A stretch of 63,998 nucleotides of DNA, the filler included, from Acidimicrobiia bacterium (GTDB lineage Bacteria > Actinomycetota > Acidimicrobiia > Spongiisociales > SHLN01), in NCBI GenBank assembly GCA_041619515.1. It is 8 parts of 8 records of this genome, joined end to end, with 100 filler letters (N's around TTAATTAATTAA, not from the genome) between each part and the next. Parts side by side here need not be neighbours in the genome. Positions count along the whole stretch, not along the records: positions 58,058 to 63,998 come from JBFKDW010000119.1; 7 more parts are not named here. One strand, 5' to 3'. The notes under the pieces were generated by a model. It did not search any database. It was not told the origin of the DNA and saw nothing but the letters and a program-made list of their open reading frames with translations. This document shows, piece by piece, positions 58,058-63,998 of the stretch. The position numbers were made by a program, and so were the translations under genes. How positions within the stretch are numbered: the stretch's first letter is position 1; each line of letters begins with the position of its first letter.

Positions 58058-58190
58058 CGCCAGCACCAGAACGGCGAAAGGGGCGATGAGGGTCACGACT
58101 CGTCGAACCATGGTGTGCGCGTTCGGCTGCTCACACGTTCAATCTAGGTCGCCGTGCCGGCTGCTGAACCAGGGCCTGATTTCACATAGG

Positions 58191-58222
58191 AAACAACAAA
58201 AGCCAGGCCATGGCCTGACTTT
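58191..58222 (-). terminator. intrinsic terminator downstream of the tRNA
   Basis: Minus strand AAAGTCAGGC-CATG-GCCTGGCTTTT followed by GTTGTTT. Confidence 0.65.
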
Positions 58223-58231
58223 CGCCGTTCG

Positions 58232-58305
<74 letters not shown>

Positions 58306-58433
58306 TCGCAGCGACTAAGTGTATAGCGGTCGGTGGGATAGACGCAAGGGTGCATCCCGGGCGCCAAACGCGAAAACGGGAGCTGCGAAGAATCATTTAC
58401 ACACCAGGACATCACCGATAGGCTGGCCGCCAC

Positions 58434-58670
58434 ATGGAACCACTCGAGCCCACCACCATCGGCTTGCCGGCTGAGTTGAAGAAGCGTCTCGAGACCGCCG
58501 CCGCCGAGGCGGGCACGCCCGTCGACGAGATGATCCGCTCGGTGCTCGAACAAGCCGTCAAACATGAGCCCCTCCGTGCCCCCGGCCAGGCCGGCTTCGA
58601 GAGCCAGCTGACGGATCCGGAGCTGACCGAGATCATCGACCGCATCTATCCGGGTTCCGGCTGGGGATAG
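58434..58670 (+). CDS. ribbon-helix-helix (CopG-like) protein
   Basis: TTIGLP.ELK.RL...A...G....E.IR..LE. Confidence 0.75.
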   Translation: MEPLEPTTIGLPAELKKRLETAAAEAGTPVDEMIRSVLEQAVKHEPLRAPGQAGFESQLTDPELTEIIDRIYPGSGWG

Positions 58671-58698
58671 GCCGCAGCAGCGGGTCACGCGATCCCTG

Positions 58699-59451
58699 AT
58701 GGGCTGGTTCAAGCCACAGCAGCGGGTGGGGGGCCGCCCGCCGTCTGAGAACGGGGCTTCGTCGTTCCATCTTCATTGGCAGCTGCCACCGTCGGCACCG
58801 CTGGCCGGGGTGCAGGCGACCTTCGAGGTGATCGAGCCACCTGCCGTCGACCGGCTCTACTTCTGGGCGTTGCAGGCGTCCTTCGGTGACGGGCGCCGGA
58901 GGCACGGCGGTGCCCACCTCGGACTGCAATGGAACAGCCGCCATCCCGGCCACACCGCCGCAAATTGGGGAGGCTACGACAATCACGGCCGCATCCTGTC
59001 CGGCTCGGAATCACCCCTCCCGTCGACCCCGGCCGACCCGAACACCCGCGACTTCCCCTGGCAGCCGCAGACTCCGTACCGGTTTCGGATCAGTCCGGTC
59101 GAGGACGGCTGGCGGGGCGAGATCGCCGACCTTGCAGCCGGCCGCACGACGGTCGTTCGGGACCTCTTCGCCGGCGGCCAACAGCTCACGGATCCGGTCG
59201 TGTGGTCGGAAGTGTTCGCCGCCTGTGACGATCCGCCGGTGCGGATTCGGTGGAGCGGGTTTGGGGCGCGCACCGTCGACGGAGACGTCGTGCACCCCCG
59301 GGCGCTCCGCGTCAACTACCAGGCGTACGAGGCGGGCGGCTGTTCCAACACCAATGTCGGCATCGACGAGGACGGCGTCATCCAAGCCACCAACTCCGAG
59401 CGCACCGTCCCCCAGGGAACCGTGCTGTCGACATGGACCGCGCTCGATTGA
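58699..59451 (+). CDS. conserved hypothetical beta-sandwich protein (DUF3472-like)
   Basis: Trp-rich ORF with LYFWALQ, AHLGLQW, NWGGY, WSEVFA.C. Confidence 0.6.
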   Translation: MGWFKPQQRVGGRPPSENGASSFHLHWQLPPSAPLAGVQATFEVIEPPAVDRLYFWALQASFGDGRRRHGGAHLGLQWNSRHPGHTAANWGGYDNHGRILSGSESPLPSTPADPNTRDFPWQPQTPYRFRISPVEDGWRGEIADLAAGRTTVVRDLFAGGQQLTDPVVWSEVFAACDDPPVRIRWSGFGARTVDGDVVHPRALRVNYQAYEAGGCSNTNVGIDEDGVIQATNSERTVPQGTVLSTWTALD

Positions 59452-59557
59452 ATAATCTCGGGCAGGCGGGGTTGTAGATCAACAGCGTCGTGCATGAGTT
59501 GCGTTCGATCGGGCTCCACCGATCATGGAGCCGGATGAGCCAGGGGAGGAACACACC

Positions 59558-61819
59558 GTGAACGTCAATCCCGAGAGCATCGCCCGTGCCAGCAGCACCC
59601 ATCCCCGGTTGGTCATCGGTTCGTGGGTGGGGCTGCTCGTGCTCGGCTTCGCGTTGAGCGCCCTGTTCCTGTCGGAGAACCTCACAACCGACTTCGATTT
59701 CACCGATGAGCCCGAAGCGAAGCGGGCCGAGCTCCTCCTCGAGGAACGGCTGCGGGGTCCTTCCAACTTCACCGAGCTCGTCGTCGTGAGTTCCGGTCCC
59801 GGGACCGCCGCGGACGCCGACTTCCAGGGCTACGTCGCCCAATTGCAGGCGGCCGTGAGCAGCCTGGGCACCAACCTCGTGCAAGCGGTCGTCCCGGTGG
59901 GGCCGACCGGGCAGCCGGTCATCTCGGGCGACGGCGGCGATCAGCTGCTAACCGTCGTGCTCACCACCACCGACCTCGACCAGGCCGCCACCGACGCGGC
60001 AGCCGTCAAGGACGCCGTCCACGGTGTGCCTGCCCCGTCGGGCATCGAGGTTCGTCTCTTCGGCCAGGGAACGGTCAACAACGACTTCGAGCGACTCGCC
60101 CAGGAAGGCTTGGAGAAGGGTGAGACCATCGGCGTGGTCGTCGCCCTCATCGTGCTGCTCGCGGTCATCGGGGCGGCGGTAGCCGCCGGGCTTCCCATCC
60201 TGCTGGCGGTAGCCGCCATTGCCGTTGCGATCGGAGCGACCGCCTTCATCGGCAACTTCATGTCCCTGTCCTTCTTCGTCGTCAACTTCATCACCATGAT
60301 CGGACTGGCCGTCGGGATCGACTATGCCCTCTTCATCGTCGCCCGCTACCGGGAGGAGCGGGTGCGCGGCTTCGACAAGATCGAAGCGATCGGGCGGGCG
60401 GGTGCAACCGCCAACCGGGCGGTCTTCTTCTCCGGGCTCACCGTCGTGCTGGCGCTGCTGGGCATGCTGTTCGTCCCCAACACGATCTTCCGCAGCCTCG
60501 GCATCGGCGCCATCGTGGTCGTGCTGCTGGCCGTGGCCGCATCAATGACCCTGCTCCCGGCAGTGCTGGCTCTCCTCGGTGACCGCATCAACAAGGGTCG
60601 GGTGCGCAAACAAGCCTCGCTCGACAACGTCGACAAGACCGGTGGCATGTGGGACAAGATCACTGCGCTGGTGATGGGGCGGCCGATCGCCTGGCTGGCC
60701 GTCGGAGCCGGCGTGATGCTCCTCCTGGGATCGTTCGCGCTGCGCATGGAGACGGGATTCTCCGGCATCAGCACCTTGCCCGAAGACCTCGAATCCCGGC
60801 AGGGATTCGAAATACTCCAGAACGAGTTCGGGCTGGGAGGCGCCACCGAGCCCGTCGAGGTGGTCATCGACGGTCAGATCACGCCAGAGGTCACTGCCGC
60901 CGTTTCCGCGCTGACCGGCTCGCTGGCGGGAAACCCGAACCTCGGGACCCCCGACCCGCTGGTCGTGAACCCGTCCGGCGACCTGGCCCTGCTGTCGGTG
61001 CCGCTCACCGGTGATTTCCAAAGCGAAGCCGCCACCGCCACGGTGGAAACGCTGCGAGATGACCTGATACCTGCTGCGTTTGCCGGCACCGACGTCGAGG
61101 TGCTCGTCGGGGGAGCCAGCGCCTTCAACGTCGACTTCTTCGAGGATGTGCGCGTGTTCACGCCCATCGTGTTCACCTTCGTGCTGGGCCTCAGCTTCAT
61201 CCTGCTGACGGTGGTGTTCCGATCCATCGTCCTGCCCGTCAAGGCCATCCTGTTGAACCTGCTGTCGGTGGCGGCGGCTTACGGAGCCGTGGTGCTGGCG
61301 TTCCAGGCGGATGTGGGCCCGCAGTGGTTCAAGTCCGTGTTCGGATTCCGGCAAGTGGAGTCGATCGAGGCGTGGCTCCCGCTGTTTCTGTTTGCAGTCC
61401 TGTTCGGGCTGTCGATGGACTACCACGTCTTTCTGCTGACCCGCATCCGGGAGCATTTCGACCAGACCGGCGACAACGCCCTGTCGGTGGCTCACGGGCT
61501 TCGCACCACCGGAGCGATCATCACGGGCGCCGCCCTCATCATGGTGGCGGTGTTCGGCGGGTTCGCCCTCGGCGAGCTCGTCGCTCTCCAGCAGATGGGA
61601 TTCGGCCTGGCCGTCGCCGTGTTCCTCGACGCCACCATCGTCCGGTCGATCCTGGTGCCTGCCACGATGCGACTGCTCGGCGACTACAACTGGTTCCTCC
61701 CCAGTTGGCTCGAATGGCTTCCCCACATCGACATCGAGGGCCACGAGGCAGCGCTGGAAGCCCATCGTCGCCAATCCGAAGTGGAGGAGAAAGTGGAGGT
61801 GCGCGCCGGCAGCGACTAG
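59558..61819 (+). CDS. MMPL family (RND) transporter
   Basis: GLAVGIDYALF..RYREE, LFGLSMDYHVFLL.RIRE, DAT.VR..LVPA.M. Confidence 0.95.
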   Translation: MNVNPESIARASSTHPRLVIGSWVGLLVLGFALSALFLSENLTTDFDFTDEPEAKRAELLLEERLRGPSNFTELVVVSSGPGTAADADFQGYVAQLQAAVSSLGTNLVQAVVPVGPTGQPVISGDGGDQLLTVVLTTTDLDQAATDAAAVKDAVHGVPAPSGIEVRLFGQGTVNNDFERLAQEGLEKGETIGVVVALIVLLAVIGAAVAAGLPILLAVAAIAVAIGATAFIGNFMSLSFFVVNFITMIGLAVGIDYALFIVARYREERVRGFDKIEAIGRAGATANRAVFFSGLTVVLALLGMLFVPNTIFRSLGIGAIVVVLLAVAASMTLLPAVLALLGDRINKGRVRKQASLDNVDKTGGMWDKITALVMGRPIAWLAVGAGVMLLLGSFALRMETGFSGISTLPEDLESRQGFEILQNEFGLGGATEPVEVVIDGQITPEVTAAVSALTGSLAGNPNLGTPDPLVVNPSGDLALLSVPLTGDFQSEAATATVETLRDDLIPAAFAGTDVEVLVGGASAFNVDFFEDVRVFTPIVFTFVLGLSFILLTVVFRSIVLPVKAILLNLLSVAAAYGAVVLAFQADVGPQWFKSVFGFRQVESIEAWLPLFLFAVLFGLSMDYHVFLLTRIREHFDQTGDNALSVAHGLRTTGAIITGAALIMVAVFGGFALGELVALQQMGFGLAVAVFLDATIVRSILVPATMRLLGDYNWFLPSWLEWLPHIDIEGHEAALEAHRRQSEVEEKVEVRAGSD

Positions 61820-62112
61820 GCCAGCCGGTCCACCATCACCGTGTCGGACTCGACGATGAACTCATCGGGAGCGGGCCGCATGCTGCGCCGGGCCTCCGAG
61901 TCGTAATACGCCTCGCTCGCCTCGACGAACGTGGTGGCGTCACCCGAATGCGAAATCACCCAGGCGAACCCGGCTTCGGCCCGTGAAACCCACGCACCCT
62001 GCACCTTGAACCCGGCGGCGCGCCGGGCGGGCACAATCTGCTCGCGCCACAGGGTCACGAATTCCTCGACCCGGGCCGGATCGAGCCGGTAGATCCGAAG
62101 CTGCGTAGCCAT
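61816..62112 (-). CDS. NIPSNAP family protein
   Basis: QLRIY.L.P....EF...W.....P.....GF...GAW...F.W. Confidence 0.75.
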   Translation of the reverse strand: MATQLRIYRLDPARVEEFVTLWREQIVPARRAAGFKVQGAWVSRAEAGFAWVISHSGDATTFVEASEAYYDSEARRSMRPAPDEFIVESDTVMVDRLA

Positions 62113-62202
62113 GTTGGCGATCCTCTCGGTCGTTTGCATCGGAGCAAAACACGGCCGGCAACCCCGCGGTCCCCGCTTCGGCGCCGGGCCTAGGCTTTTT
62201 AC

Positions 62203-63777
62203 ATGCTCCGCTCGTACGTGGGAACCGGCGCCTGCGCCGTTTCGCCTCATCAGCTTGCCTCGCAGGCAGGCCTCGAGATCATGGAAGCAGGCGGAAACGC
62301 GGTTGACGCGGCAATTGCCGTCAATGCCGTGGTGGGCGTCGTCCGCCCCACCGACTGTGGCATCGGTGGTGACCTCTTCGCCCTCATCCATCAGCCGGGA
62401 ACGGCAGCTCCGGCCGTGCTCAATGCCAGCGGCCGGGCAGGCGCCGGATCCTCGGCGGCGGCACTGCGCAGCGAGGGGCACGAAGACATGCCTTCCCAGC
62501 ATCCGGCCACGGTCACCGTCCCGGGCTGCGTCGATGGCTGGATTGAACTGCTGGAACGCTTCGGCACCCGTTCCCTCGGCGACGTGCTGGCACCGGCCAT
62601 CCGGCTGGCCGAAGCAGGGTTCCCGGTGTCAGACGAGATGGCCCTCAACCTGGCATCCATCGCCGATCTGGTGGGCGACCAGCCCTCCGCCTTCGAGCTC
62701 TACCCCGGCGGAAACGCCCCCCGGCGGGAGGCCGTTCTCAAACGGCCGGCGCTGGCGGCCAGCATGCGGGCAATCGCCGAGGACGGGCGGGAGGCGTTCT
62801 ACGGCGGCCGGATGGCAGAGGCGATCGAACAGGCCACCGCCGGAGTCCTCACCGGGGCCGACCTGGCCGCCAATCGTCCCGATTGGGTGGAAGGGGCCCG
62901 CCTCGAGGTGCTCGGCGAAACGGCCTGGACGATTCCACCCAACAGCCAGGGCTATATCACCCTGGCGACGCTGGCCATCTTCGAGCAACTCGGGGCCCCG
63001 GCGCGATTCGACGACCCCGACTTCCACCACCTCCTCATCGAGGCATACCGGGCCGCCGCCTGGGATCGGGGCCTCCACCTGGCCGACGGCGACCACATGA
63101 CGGTCTCCGTCGATGAGCTGCTTCATCCGCTGCGACTCGCCGAACGAGCGTTCGCCATCACCAGCGGCGCCGCCCGCTGGCCGGCCGCGCTTCCGCTGCC
63201 CGGTGGCACCGCCTACATGTGCACGATGGATGAGCCCGGCCTGGGGGTGTCGCTCATGCAATCCAATTTCGGCGGAATCGGCAGCGGCATCTCGGCCGGC
63301 GACACCGGGGTGTGGCTGCAAAACCGCGGGGCGGGCTTCACCCTGGCCGACGGGCACCCCAACCAGCTCGCGGCGGGCAAACGCCCCGCCCACACCCTGG
63401 CGCCCTCACTGTGGACCCGGGATGGTCGTCTGTCGATGCTGCTGGGAAGCCGGGGCGGGGACCTGCAGCCGCAGCTGGTGGCGCAATTGGCGGCCGACAT
63501 CCTGCATGTGGGCATGAATCCGTCGGAGGCGCAGTCGATGCCCCGCTGGTCCCTGCAGGAGTTCGGCCCCGAAACCACCTCGCAGCCCGAGATCGAGGAC
63601 ACCATGCCCACAAGCGTGCTCGACGGCCTCCGCGCCCGCGGCCACAACCCGGCGGTCATGCCGGCGCAACGGGATTGGGGCCCGGCATCGATCATCCGCA
63701 TCGAGGACGACGGCACCCGGCTCGCCGCCGCCGACCCCCGCATCACCACTGCGTCGGTGGCGGCAGCCCCGGAGTAA
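62203..63777 (+). CDS. ggt: gamma-glutamyltransferase family protein
   Basis: GGNAVDAAIA, GIGGD.F, TVPG...GW, PPNSQG, GT nucleophile (GGTAY), LQNRG.GF, KRP.HTL.P, ADPR. Confidence 0.93.
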   Translation: MLRSYVGTGACAVSPHQLASQAGLEIMEAGGNAVDAAIAVNAVVGVVRPTDCGIGGDLFALIHQPGTAAPAVLNASGRAGAGSSAAALRSEGHEDMPSQHPATVTVPGCVDGWIELLERFGTRSLGDVLAPAIRLAEAGFPVSDEMALNLASIADLVGDQPSAFELYPGGNAPRREAVLKRPALAASMRAIAEDGREAFYGGRMAEAIEQATAGVLTGADLAANRPDWVEGARLEVLGETAWTIPPNSQGYITLATLAIFEQLGAPARFDDPDFHHLLIEAYRAAAWDRGLHLADGDHMTVSVDELLHPLRLAERAFAITSGAARWPAALPLPGGTAYMCTMDEPGLGVSLMQSNFGGIGSGISAGDTGVWLQNRGAGFTLADGHPNQLAAGKRPAHTLAPSLWTRDGRLSMLLGSRGGDLQPQLVAQLAADILHVGMNPSEAQSMPRWSLQEFGPETTSQPEIEDTMPTSVLDGLRARGHNPAVMPAQRDWGPASIIRIEDDGTRLAAADPRITTASVAAAPE

Positions 63778-63780
63778 CTG

Positions 63781-63998
63781 CGCCCCCTCCGCCCCTTCGG
63801 GGCAGCCCTGCGGGCTGCTTGGCAGTTGCTGCGCAACTGCAGGCGTGGGTTGCGGCGGGCGCCCCCTCCGCCCCTACGGGGCACCTCCCCCTCCGGGGGA
63901 GGAGAGTGGTGGTGGTTCTCTCCCCCCCGGAGGGGGGAGTCCGGCGTAGCCGGGAGGGGGGCGGCCCTGCGGGTTGCGGCAGCCGTGCGGGTTGCGGC
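63781..63998. repeat. REP/BIME-like cluster of GC-rich palindromes and short direct repeats
   Basis: CGCCCCCTCCGCCCCT(T/A)CGGGGCA at 63781 and 63860; hairpins at about 63885-63904 and 63920-63939; recurring GGGTTGCGGC. Confidence 0.7.

Noticed and set aside
58434..59451. RHH gene plus downstream gene as a toxin-antitoxin pair
   Set aside because: The downstream protein shows no PIN, RelE or MazF-like features and is too long, so the pairing is unsupported.

Overview
The window is not one continuous locus. It holds eight GC-rich contigs (about 7.7-8.5 kb, in decreasing length order) joined by artificial 100-nt N/TTAATTAATTAA spacers, as in a concatenated draft genome or MAG. Gene content points to an Actinomycetota organism, plausibly Acidimicrobiia (inference): an F420/deazaflavin reductase, a mycothiol-type MDMPI protein, an MMPL transporter, a Gram-positive-type LexA box and many leaderless TAnnnT promoters. 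Recognisable genes include hup, dinB, ilvC, hmgA, panE-like, ggt, a CDF/ArsR pair, an HtrA-type protease, an xanthine-dehydrogenase-family CoxMSL/G-like cluster and tRNA-fMet. The most unusual element is on contig 7. A class III cyclase-STAND ATPase-TPR gene lies directly upstream of a cytoplasmic S8 subtilase. That subtilase carries ten identical NPFLA pentapeptides (7+3, synonymously varied) around a CCGCGC linker, between its prodomain and catalytic domain, and it converges on a cyclic-nucleotide-binding protein. Other points of note are an ATP-grasp/double-esterase/MscS operon, an in-frame TAA at codon 3 of an M24 gene, two small genes missed by the ORF track (a Flp pilin and a 35-aa membrane peptide), a repeat adhesin with possible isopeptide bonds, a truncated cfa remnant and a REP-like palindromic cluster. 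All family assignments come from motif recognition by eye, not from database searches.
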